Shown: positions 26,095 to 38,601 of the stretch, piece by piece
How the letters are laid out: the number at the start of each line of letters is the position of its first letter
Position numbering within the stretch: position 1 is the stretch's first letter
Source of the DNA: Pristiophorus japonicus
Taxonomy: Eukaryota
Direction: 5' to 3'
DNA length: 64,000 nucleotides
Assembly (NCBI RefSeq): GCF_044704955.1
Contig: NC_091993.1
Location: 131,006,001 to 131,070,000 of the forward strand
Notes under the pieces: generated by a model
Told to the model about the DNA's origin: nothing
Database searches by the model: none
What the model saw: the letters and a program-made list of their open reading frames with translations, nothing else
Made by a program: the position numbers and the translations under genes

Positions 26095-26605
26095 ATTCCT
26101 TATAATTTAGAAGGTTATGGGGTGAACTGATCAAAAATTTTAAGATATTAAGGGGAACAGATAGAGTAGATAGAGAGAAACTATTTTGGCTGGTTGGGGA
26201 TTCTAGGACTAGGGGGCAGATTCAGCCCTTTCAGAAATTAGGAAACAACTACACAGAAAGGGTGGCAGAAATTTGGAAATTTCTTCTGCAAATGGCAACT
26301 AATGCTAGATCAATTATTAATTTTAAATCTAAGATTGATAGCTTTTTGTTAGCCAAAGGTTTTAAGGGATAGGGGCCAAATGCAGGTATATGGAGTTCGG
26401 TCGCAGATCAGCCATGATCTCATTGAATGGCTAAACAGGCTCGATGGGCTCAATGGCTACTCCTGTTCCTGTTCTTATGGTGCCATAGAAACATAGAAAA
26501 TAGGTGCAGGAGTAGGCCATTCGGCCCCATCGAGCCTGCACCACCATTCAATATAATCATGGCTGACCATGCACTTCAGTACCCCATTTCTGCTTTCTCT
26601 CCATA
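26095..26605. mobile_element. Tail-to-tail CR1 3' fragments (+ at 26095-26480; - at 26485-26605)
   Basis: CR1 3' UTR motif GATCAGCCATGATC...CCTGTT on + and CATAGAAACATAGAAAATAGG on -. Confidence 0.75.
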
Positions 26606-27127
26606 GTGGTGTGTGCCAGTAGTGGGTTTACAATTAGCCTTAGTGTCCTTAAGTTAGAGAATGGAAAATTTATTCGAGATCTTGGCTTAGCTGTGGCATT
26701 CTTTAGACCCCTCCACCATACGAATGTATAGATACCCATGGGCCAGACACACACGATTAATGCTTCAACCTGGAACCAATCAAACTGCTTGCCAACAAGA
26801 GGCAAGTGTGTGACGTGAGCAGAGAAAAACACTTGAAGCAAATCTGGTAGACTCAGTGATTAAAAATATTAGTGCATCTGATTCTGACATTTAATATCAG
26901 GCTTATTCCTGTACTCCACAATACTTTGCTGGCAAAATATTTGCAGCTTTGCAGATTTCGCTCACCTGGAAAGAAGCAATAGGACAAATAATCAATGGAA
27001 CTACTGCCAAGCAGCAGCTTGGGGGATCAAAGTATAAACGGCCAATTGCTTTATGGGGCTAAAGTGCAAAAAACAGAGATTGGCAGGATTATACACAACA
27101 GCATCAGCAACAACCGACGACAACTAA

Positions 27128-28250
27128 ATAAGAACACAAGAAGTAGGAGCAGGAATAGGCCATTCGGCCCCTCGAGCCCGCTCTGCCATTCAGCAAGATC
27201 CTGGCTGATGATCTACCGTAACTCCACTTTCCTGCACTATCCCCATTATCACTTGATCCCCTTGATATCCAAAAATGTATCGATCTCCATCTTGAATATA
27301 CTCAAAGGCTGAGCCCTCCGGGGTAAAGAATTCCAAAAATTCACCGCCCCCAAGTGAAGAAATTTCTCATCAGTCCTAAATGGCCGACCCCTTATTCTGA
27401 GACTGTGACCCCTGGTTCTAGATTTCCCAGTCCCGGAAAACATCCTCTCTGCATCTACCCTGTCAAGCCCTGTAAGAATTGTTAATGTTTCAATGAGATC
27501 ACCACTCATTCATCTAAACTCTAGAGAATATAGGCCTAGTCTACTCAATCTCTCCACATTAGGACAATCCCCCCATCCCAGTAATCAGTCTGGTGAACCT
27601 TCGTTGTACTGCCTCAATGGCAAGTATATCCTTCCTTAGGTAAGGAGATCAAAACTGTACACAATACTCCAGGTGTGGTCTCACCAGGGCCATATACAAT
27701 TGCAGTAAGACATCTTTACTCTTATACTAATTCCTCTTGTAATAAAAGCCAACATACTATTTGCTTTCTTAATAGCTTGCTGTACCTGCATGTTAACTTT
27801 CAGTGATTGGTGTACAAGGACACCCAGGTTCCTCTGAACACCAACATTTTCCAATCTCTCACATTTAAAAAAATACTCTGCTGTTCTATTTTTCCTACCA
27901 AAGTGGTTAACTTCAAAGTTCTTCATATTTCCATTTGCCATGTTCTTGCCCACTCACTTAGCCTGTCTATATCCCCTTGAAGTCTCTTTGCATCCTCCTC
28001 ACAACTTACATTCCCACCTAGTTTTGTATCATCAGCAAACCTGGATATATTACATTTGGTCCTCGCATCCAAATCATTGATACAGATTGTGAATAGCTGG
28101 GCCCCAGCACCGATCCTTGCGGCACCCCATTCTGCCAACCCAAAAATGACTCGTTTATTCCTACTCTGTTTTCTGTCCGTTAACCAATCCTCAATCCATG
28201 CGAGCATATTACCCCCAATCCCCTAAGCCCTAATTTTGTTCAATAACCTT
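27128..28250 (-). mobile_element. CR1 LINE 5'-truncated fragment
   Basis: RFADDTKLGGNVSCEED; same subfamily as 13004-14325. Confidence 0.88.
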
Positions 28251-30404
28251 ATTGATAGTTTGATGAAAAAATAAGTTTTGTTTTCAATAGATTTGACTGG
28301 TCTGTAATTACAGATAGAGCACAACTCTGTTATTGTACTCATCTAAAAAGGAACACAATAGTCATTTAGGTAATTGTTCAGGCAACTACAGGTACTAATA
28401 GTAATAAACCTTACTAAACAAAGCACTTCAACAGTTTGCAGTTTCAACTTTTACAAAGATTTCTCTCTAACTTTCTAATAGGGCTAATGTGGAATATGTA
28501 CCGAACAATATTGCACACCATTGTGTGCATTTTGATTTGGAGTTACAAATTGAAATCTTTAACTATACACTTTATTTTTATTATAAAATCCCCTGCGGCA
28601 CTCTTTTCACACAAGATATCCCAAGCGCACTTTACAAAGATTCCACACATTATTACAGTATGTAGTTGAGCTATAAAACAAAGTAGATTCAGCAATAGTG
28701 CTTAGACCACTTTGTTCATGAAAATCTCGGTTTCTCCAGAAAGCACCAACACTTGGGTATAATTTCACTGGGACCAGTTGCCCTCGTGGCCAGGCTGTGT
28801 ACACGAAGCAGGATAGTGAACCTCAGTCAGCCATTGAACTGCTGAGCCCAATCTTACACATGCATCTCCCAACAGGAGTCACTGATGAACGATCAGGAGC
28901 AAGAACCCAGCGGATTCTTTCCTTCCCTACTCGGAAGGACAGAGTCCAAATATAGGACCTAAAGTGAGAGCAACTAACAGCAGAGAGCACAAATCAGGAC
29001 TTTAGCAAGTCAGTACACTTTATACCACTCAATTCTCAATTGCCAGAGTATAATTTCACTGGCATAACTTGCTTTCCAGTCACTTATTCAGCTGGACACA
29101 GGAATTCCTTGACAAGACAGATCAAGGTCCATCTCATTCATGTTCTACCACCATCCTGGTAGTGGTAGTCACATGGTATTCCTGGTGTACAAGTCAAGCA
29201 GGCTTATGACAGAGGGGCATCAGGCATCAAGCCCAAACTAGGCCTTGCCCAAGATCCACAGCGTATACCCTCCAGTAACAGTTACTGTGTACATCCCTCC
29301 ACAAACTCCCCAAGATGGGGCACCAAAACCAACTGCAGCATCTCAAAGACCAGTGATTAAATCTGGGGCTTCCCTGCAACGTACCTCTCTGGGCAATTTT
29401 TAAAATAACTAATTTAGAAAAGCATGGATTTACAAATTGACAGCGACAGTAGTAGGGAAAGAGTTACTGTACCAACAGTGAGAGACGGTGAACGACAAAT
29501 GGAAGTGGAGTGATCACACCCGGCTTCACCAGCTTCTTGGCAGACATCAATTCAGCTTTTAGTCACCATCTGCTCCAGAACAATTTCTCAACCTCATTTA
29601 TACCAAACATCATGACCTCCACATGCTTGGATTTTCCCCAAGAATCATCATTTGAGGAACCCTGGCTGAGTGTCCACTGCCCACCCCACACATTCCCAGG
29701 GCACTGAGGCCAGTAGTACTCACTGCTGTTCACTTGGTTCTGATTTTGGTGTCATAGTCCAGTGGGGAATACTACCCAAAGTACACATTTCAGCTCAGAA
29801 TAGGATTTTCCTGGAAAGCTAATCAAGCATCATGTGGAAAACCATATAAAAAACCTTGCTGGAGATACACAGATTGGTCATCGTTGGAGAAGGCAGGTTA
29901 ACATTGTGTTAACAGTGCTTCCTGGATCATCTCCCAGAGAAAGACAAGAACACACAGGGAAAAGTTTCAAATAAAGTGAATGCAATTTAGAACTATCATT
30001 ACGAAACAAGAGGCTGCTTGGTTAAAACGATCAGAACAAATATCAGCCAGTTTCTCCGCCCTATTTTTGTTGCCAAAACATTTTAGCTGGTGAAATTTGT
30101 CCCCAGGATCAAGCATATTCCAGGCAGATCAAAGCAGTTAAAAGCAACGTACATCTCCCTATGCAGTGCCGAAACATGCCTCAGCCTGAATCTTAACATC
30201 GTCCTATATTTTGCAATCCCAATTTCAACTTGCTTACTGCCTTGGAGATTGGCAATTTCATGATTTCTCTCACTCCCCCCAATTAAATTCCAGACCTTTT
30301 CACAGCTTCCAATCTTAAAACGGCGATGCTCGTCTTTATCATAAAATAGAATTCATGAAAATTATTTACATCAGATAAATGGCTATCACACAGAAAAAGA
30401 CTTG

Positions 30405-30851
30405 GGTTTATATAGCGCCTTTCATGACCACCGGACGTCTCAAAGCGCTTTACAGCCAATGAAGTACTTTTGCCGTGTAGTCACTGTTGTAATGTGGGAA
30501 ATGCAGCAGCCAATTTGCACATAGCAGGCTCCCAAAAACAGCAATGTGATAAAAAAAAACATTATCTGGTCATTGTTATGTTGATTGAGGGATAAATATT
30601 GGCCAGGACACTGGGGATAACTCCCCTGCTCATCTTTGAAATATGCTAGGGAATCGTTTAGGTCCACCTGAGATTAGACAGGGCCTCGGTTCACGGTCTC
30701 ATCCGAAAGACGACACTTCAAACAGTGCAGCGCTCCCTCAGCACTGCACAGGAGTGTCAGCCTAGATTTTTTTGTGTTCAAGTCCCTGGAGTTGAACACA
30801 ACCTTCTGACTCAAGAGGCGAGAGTGCGGCCCACTGAGCCACAGCTGACAC
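30405..30851 (-). mobile_element. tRNA-derived DeuSINE (SacSINE1/AmnSINE-like) with L2-type tail
   Basis: Minus-strand head with A box TGGCTCAGTGG and B-box-like GTTCAACTCC; Deu-domain-like TCTCATCCGAAAGAC...CAGTGCAGCGCTCCCTCAG; tail TTTATATAGCGCCTT shared with local L2. Confidence 0.75.
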
Positions 30852-30959
30852 TGAAGAGGTGTTAGGAACCGGCTTGGAGTCATCAAGCTTGATGGTATAA
30901 GGGAACTAAATAAATGCTGGGATTCAGGGGCACAGTTTCAAACATGCACATTATATGGA

Positions 30960-31120
30960 CACAGAAAATGCTGGAAGTACTCAGAACAGTTGTGGCAAAG
31001 GGTCATCGACCTGAAACTCTTGATTCTCTCTCCACAGATGCTGCCTGACCAGCTGAGTATTTCCAGAATTTTCTTTTCCTAGTTCAGATTTTCAGCATCT
31101 GCAGCATTTTGATTTTGTAT
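30960..31120. mobile_element. Penelope-like terminal/palindromic fragment
   Basis: GAAAATGCTGGAAGTACTCAG ... CTGAGTATTTCCAGAATTTTC inverted arms around GGTCATCGACCTGAAAC. Confidence 0.5.
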
Positions 31121-34100
31121 GCACATTAAAATGATCGGGATCAGATACTGCTCCAAGCCAGCTCCCCATCACCACTTCATAGAAAACAAAGTAAACCAAC
31201 AAACAGAAAAATGTAGAAGCTTTTTCAACCTTTGTTTAGAATGATTTATACAAAGGGTTACTAATGATAATATTCCATTGTTAGTAAGGGTGAAAGTCAA
31301 ATACTTCAGTCTTTGGGGGTCACAGCATGTATCATGGGGCACAGATAAAGTTTAAATCCATGCTCACATTTATTTGCAGGTATTTCAAGTTGTTCATACC
31401 AACAGCCACCGGATTTAGGATTCTCCCACTGAAGGAGGCTATGGCACTAACAACCACCTCTCCAAACATCCAGGCCCACAAGATTGAAACAGGACAAAGC
31501 AGAAAATGAGAAATAGGGCCGAATGATGTGGGCTTTGAGGCGCAGACTGCTGGGACTGGGGGTGCAGGCAGCCCAGGGCTGCAGCTTTAACAATGCTATA
31601 GATTATCCAGAAAACCCAATAAAGGGCAGGTTAAACATTTCATACAAAGTGCAATCAATACAAAGTTTAACCATGTGCTGTGAGAAGCAGCCCCAAACCC
31701 TCTCCTGTCTATATGCCCTGTAGATATAATACTCTCAGTGGGATGGCATTTTTGTTGGACCGGACGATGGACACATACACAAAATATGGTAGACCATCAT
31801 CTTCAAACTTCTGAAAATAGGAAGAAATCTAACCTCAGCTCCAGGGAACCCAACACCATTGTGTAGCTACAGAAAGGAAAGGTCAGGTTTTCAAATGTAT
31901 TTAATTTTTTATATTAAAAAATAGACATAAATGCTGGCATGCTAGAAACACAGCAGGTTAATCAGCATCGGAGCAGAAAAAGATGGATTAATATTTTAGA
32001 TGGGACCCTCACACCAAAATATTCTCTTCTCCATAGTATCAATTAGCCATTCATGATCTGCAGCTGGTGTTAGGGCTATGTGAATGCTAACAAAAAACAT
32101 TGAGAGTATAATCATGTTATAGGGTGCTCTGCAAACAAAATGGTGCATCAAGTCCAAAGAGGTGGAAACGGTGACAGGATTGGATATTCTGGACTTTAGG
32201 AATTTGAGTGAATCGTTTTAGTCTGTCAATTTCCAAAAAATGAATTCTTCTTTTCCAACTCCACTATGGTTTCTTTGTGATCCTGAACTTTACACACAAG
32301 GTGCAAGTTGTACCTGCAAACCATCTGGAGGGGCTACAGCTGGTAAACACCATATTCAATAACATATTGGACTATGTGACACCAAAGCATCGACATGCAA
32401 TTTAAAATTTTAAAAATGCACATTAAAAAACCTTCAGATTACGGCATCTTCTGAAGATGTCAGTGTCCCAGACACAGGATGGCAGCAGTGTCTGCAAAAC
32501 AAACACTAAAAGCTTCAAGTCTTTTTGCTTCCCAGAGACAGTTTGCGTCGAGCCAATTTCAGACAAACTATAAATCAGAAAGTTAACATCCTAACTGTAC
32601 AAGATTACTGTTCAATATTTTAATCCTACTTTAAAAACCTTACCTGGGTGCAAACACAAACATTAAATCAATAGTGTAAACACCTTTGTAGACAGCAAAT
32701 CCATAAGCGTCCAACGGTGATAGAAAGTTGTCTTGCAGACGCAGTAGTGTAGGAGTGCCCCATCCTTTACACCGTGTTTAACATAGCAGCCACAAGGGAG
32801 ACTCAGACCAGACGTCTTCGGTCAGTTAACAGTGCAAGCTTATCAGCTAGTTACTGGGCAATGCTATTCATTTTTTAAATATATAAAAGATCTCCTAGGT
32901 CAAAATACTCGAGTCGAAAGCTCACTGTGATGAGTTGAGGTAATACAGGTATGAGTGAGTTTGGGTACCTAGGAAGGACATGCACATCCATGGGGTGTGA
33001 AACTGTTACAAGCCACAACGTTTCCATCAAATAAGGCACCGGTAACATAGTAAAGAAAGTGTATTTAAACCAACTGCTAGCCCTGACGAAATATCAGGTG
33101 TATAGTACCTTTTCTTCCTCTCCAAATTAAGCAAATGGCACGCTTTTAAAGCTCCAGGATATGGGGCACTGCCTCACAATTCTAGGCAACGCTCGAGAAA
33201 AGCTGAACTTTTTATTTTGGGGAGGCACGGATTGCCTTGCTTTTTTGGTTTGGTCATGGGTTGCAAGATCATGACTTATTTTCAAGGATTCACATTCTTC
33301 AAACACTTCACAGATCTGTCGGGTCAAAAATTAACCCAAACTTTTTTTTTAAACTTTTTCAAGCAATTCTGGATCTTCGATTAGAACAGCATCAAGATGA
33401 TCAGCCAACGGTCAATTCTCAACATTTCAGAATGGGGAAACTCCCCCCATTTCGTTTCTTGCAGGCCACTGTTAAGTTAACGGTGACGCTGACGCTTCCT
33501 CCTCAAATAACGGGGGCTTCCGAAACACAAAGCCTCAAGTGCACACAAGGGTTCATTTTTTTTGCTTCATTCATCAAACTTACTCCAAGGCAGATTTTTT
33601 TTCCTCAAAAGAAAACACATTTTATTGATTTTGGTTGACAACATAATCAGCTCAACGCACGTGTGTCTGTGAAAGCCAGTATGCAGCTGGTCGAGCCCGA
33701 ATAGCTTTTCCTTTTGCCCCCAGAAATCAGCTATAAACAGCACACGGCAGCAGATCATTTCCCTCAAACACAGGACCTGGTTTCACATTAGAAGATACAG
33801 GAACTTTTTATATATTTTGTTTTTCAAGCTGCCATTCCAGCTCTTTAAAAACAAACAACAGAAATCTTTTCCCCCTGCAAAAGGCCATTCTACTTCACAC
33901 AAACATTGTCTTCGGCTCGCACTAAGTTCCAGCGGAAGTCTCCTCCTCAGCTTTGCCATTCAAATATTCTGTCACTTGGGTTTTGCAGGAAAGAAATATC
34001 AAATTAGACACAAAAAAATACATGCAACAGCAGTTTCTTCTATATAACTAACAAGAATACAGTCATTTTACACATAGCCTCAAAATAAATCAGCACTAAA

Positions 34101-37100
34101 GAAATTCAGTTGGCATGCTACTGAACAACTGCTTCTCACTAAGGCACCAATAAGACCCTAGGTTTCTAAAACAAATTTTTGATGCAGAGTTGTCAAAGAC
34201 ACTGTCTAAAAGCTGATATTTGCCTCCAAGATAAAAGTCCTATGTTAAATAGTCCCTAAGCAAGGCTATCGGATGCAAGTCTGAAGACTTGCCTGAGGAT
34301 TAAGCTTCTTTGCAGCTCTTCTTAATCCTCATTTACAGTGAGATTCTAACACTCTGGTTCATTTACAATTTGAAAAATTGAAGACCACTTCTCCCCGTGA
34401 GATGGGGATACCTGCACCAAAATGATTATGTGCCTGGGCTGTCAGGGTTGGGGAAGAGAATATTATGTAGGACATTAGAAGCATTATAGCATTTTTACAT
34501 TAACAATGGTGTCCAGGATCTGCCCTTTCCTCAGTGCCCTTAGGCTCACATCACAGGCAAATCTTACTGGCCCTCCAACCAATCAATGGAGAGCAGCAGC
34601 ACACAGACTAGAAAATAAAACGGAGAGTGTGACTCCAAGTCATGGGTCTCTGCTGGAGCACTACTCTCCCAGCATTGTGCAGTCAACATTAAACAGAGCC
34701 TCCATGTGCAGTGCCACCATGTCGGACTGCCTAGTATTCCCAATCTCAGCAGGAGATGGGCGAAAACAGTATATAAAATAAAAGACAAAAATATCGGTTA
34801 CATGACCATTCTGGAGCCTCCGTTCAGCTGGTTACAGTGGCAAAGGCCAATCCCCGGGGACAGGCTACCTGCTTGCCTTCACAGCCACAGGCCAATGAGT
34901 GGAGGCGAGCAGTTCTACACTAAACAAGGCGAGGGCAGTAGGGACACTACCTGAACTTTAAAACAAAGCCTGCAGCTGCAACTTTAAAACTGCTACACTG
35001 AATTCTGACTTTTGTCTCTCACAGCTGTCGTAAAAGACACTAGTGTAAGCGCCCCTTCTAAGAGATCGTCCTGTAACTTCACAGGGAAAAAAAAAATCAC
35101 AGAATCCTTATACTGAAAACAGAAGTTCCATGGTTAGAACAAGACTACTGCCTCACTGCTATGTGATGCTGAGAAAGCCAAAACCCCCTCACTCTTCTGC
35201 ATCTATACTCTTTACAGTCCAAAGTTGTCTAGGTTATCACTACTGTATCGTAATATTGAAATTAATCTAAATTATAGACAACTGCAGCTTTTGTACACCT
35301 GCCCCTTGAGTCAGCATGCCAACTGTTCAGGCATGTACTCCAGATTGATACTTCACACATTTTACACACCATCTCAATTCCCTAAAACTCTAGATCGTGG
35401 TTAAACCAAAAACACTGGTGCCATTTTTCAAGTTTGCATTTCACCACTTTAAATTATTCAAAATAATACAGTGCACACGGACTTGCTTTAATACATTTGA
35501 ATTCATTTCCAATGGTTAAAATTTCCATGCCAGTTTGATTAGATCAATAAGGCTCCGCAATGTAGATGCGTCCACCTTCTTTTGTTTTGTGCATCTTTCC
35601 TCTTTGATCCAAAATCCCAGACAGTGAAAGTACTCATTGTGGGTTTGGCACGCATGCGTACAAGCTTTGTACACACACGCACCTACACTTCAGTTTTAAA
35701 AAAGCTTGCTGTCCCCATCCCTCGTGTCAAAACTGGTTGTTGCTATATTAACATTTGTATTTGCTTAAGGCCATTAGCTCTGCCAGATGGAAGCTACCAT
35801 TAGCAAAGGCTAGTTATAGTGGGATGCGTATAAAATGATGCGATGGATCAGTACCTCCCAAAGCCAACACTGCTGTATTCAATGTGCAGGAAGTCTTTGT
35901 TTTACATAAACAATGTCTCCACAAACACTCCCATGTGTGTGTATGTACACAAGGGATACAGCAAGTATAGTTAGGTTTTTTTTTTGAACATCCTGCCCCT
36001 AATTCTCTCCCCCTCCTGAATGCTCACATTCACACAGTTCGCTGGTGCCATTAGCACCTGACCCCCCCTCACTCAAGTGGCTATTTTTCCCTTTGTGTTG
36101 CTAGACAGTGATTGGTGACAGGTTACACAGGGATCACAGCCCAGCCTGATCCTCTTCCCAAATAGCCGCACATTCACCACTTGCCAGTGGGAGTCCTCTT
36201 GCAGGACCACACGGACTGCAGCGGTTTAAGGAGGCTCATCACCACCTGCTCAAGGATTGGGGATGAGCATTAAATTCTGGCCTTGCTAGCGACGCCCATA
36301 TCGTGAGAAGTGACTTTGTAAAATTCAAAGAAATGACTAAATTTTACTCCCCTTAGCGCAGGGGCTCAAAGGCCAACTGATGTCTCGGCTCGGAGAATTC
36401 AATCTGCACAGCCTGAGCTACAGCAGGAGTGCCACTGGGGGAGCCAGATTCTTTTAGTTTATATCATGCTGGTAGGCAGGCCAATTTTAAAAATACTGTA
36501 AAACAGTGGCAGTGTCCAGCCCAGTGACCGCGAGCCCTCCGACCTCGAGCCGTGCTCGAACCCTGCAACCTCCTCAAACAAAAAAAAAAACGTCAAACCA
36601 CAATTTAACTTTCCCTGTGAAAATAAAACACAATCTTTGCAAGGTAGTCCTGATCACCAGTGTCCCAATGTCCCAGAAACAATTCAGGGGAGCTGGAGGT
36701 GGGGCAAGTACTTCCATCCAGTAAATACACAGCAGGTCAGGCAGTGTCGGTGGCAGCCGGCAACAGTGATGGCTGTCTACACAGACACCGACTGACCCAA
36801 GTGCTTACAGTCCTTTCTGATTTTGTTCAGATTTCCAGCACTTTGCTTCTTATTTGTATTACATAAACAAACAGTCAGTGTGCACGCATATTTATTTTTT
36901 TTCATTGGAAGATTGTTTCTCCATACCTATATGACATGCCTGTGTACTTGTTCAAACAGCATCTCCCATTAGTGCAAGGCCATTGCAAATCAAGCAGTTA
37001 CCCACCTTGCACTGCTATATTGAACAGTTGCTACTGCTGGCTGTATGAATGGGATCACATGTTTAGAGTTTCTTGCTGCATTAGGGAGAAACTACAAATG

Positions 37101-38601
37101 GCAAACTGTACATTTCATAGGGGTTCCTGCTCGACTGGAAAACAATTTTATAAAAACTTTCAAATATGGCTATCCAGCTCCTGTGACCACTATTGCTGCA
37201 AAGGGTATTACACGATTACACAGATCGACTGGTCTGTTCACCTTGCTTCCCAAAGGTGCCGACGATTACTGGGCTGGTTCAATTGGCCAGTCACCCTGTT
37301 ACACCTCGCCCAGTGTCATGTTTCATAAGAGTCCAACGGGCTACTTGACTAGAGGGCAACGTAGCCGAGCTTGAACTGGTCTCTTTCCAGACGTGGGGCG
37401 GGCAGGCTGGATAATGACGTTGTCCTCTGATCTCTCCTCTCTTCCTCGCCCCCACCCCCCCCACCACTGATGAGCTAGCCCTCTGAAGAACAAGTACACA
37501 GGCACCTTGCCACACATTCACACAAGTCCTTTTCAACCCAGAATTCTTGACATGCATAATCCATTGATGCTTTTTTGCATGGTATTTACTGCCCAGATCA
37601 TTGGTTCTAAAAGCTTGACCCTTCACTTTGGGTGTGTTAAACATTAATCAATCAATTTTGTAGCTTTTGGATTGAGATCCAAATGATTAAAAAGGTTTTC
37701 TGAACCATTAGGCAGCAAAGACAAAGTATTACCTTACTGTGTTTCAACGTTAGAGTTAGTTTGAGGATTACTGGTGCCCAAAAGATATTAAGTGCAAAAA
37801 ACAAAATAACTGCCTACAACTTACAGCACGTTACATAAAACAGTTTGCAAGGTGTCTGCACTCCAATATCAGTTACTTGATTTACAAAACTAGAAAACAA
37901 CTGGGTTTTGAACAATTGTTTTGCCCCTCAATAAAGATCTCAATAATAACGTTAAAGGAGTATGACCCTTAGGACTCTATTTCCAATAATGAAATCTGCT
38001 TGAAGAAAAAAACAACTACGGGCCTCTAGCACCGACAGGTATGCACTACCTTAAACAATGCAGGAAGCATTCAAGCTTTGTACAATTCATGGGTTATGCT
38101 CAATAGCGACAGTGCGTGTGTATGTATTTAAATGTAGTACGGGATACTTTTTGATGGGGTTGAAGGAAGAGGGAGCAAGGCAAAAGAAACTACCACATGG
38201 ATCGCAGATACGAGTGTATCCTTTTAACTGGGGACAGGCAGACACGGGTAAATAAGGAGATGGGATATAAAAACTTTAAAAATAAACATGTGGGCCACCT
38301 AGTCCAAAAGGTGTTAGTGACCACATACCCAGTTTAGTATTGCTGTGACTGAATTTGGTGTCAGGCAGAGCACTAGTTGGGAGGGTGGGTCACACCACTA
38401 CTTTACTATCAGTACACACAAGATCTATTTTTGCCAGCTCAGTTTTATTGGCATTTGGCAAGTAGAAAAGTAGGGCTCCTTACACAATGTGATTAAAGGG
38501 TCTGACAATTATGTTCGGCAGTTTGGTGAACTTGGCCCTCTTTGTATCCCGTACACATCACAATACACGACGATAGCACAGCAGATAGTACAATCTCAAT
38601 T

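Noticed and set aside
11600-38000. Exons of the expected syntenic neighbours of RBM15 (SLC16A4, LAMTOR5 in human)
   Set aside because: No matching peptide is recognisable by eye; small exons cannot be excluded without alignment.
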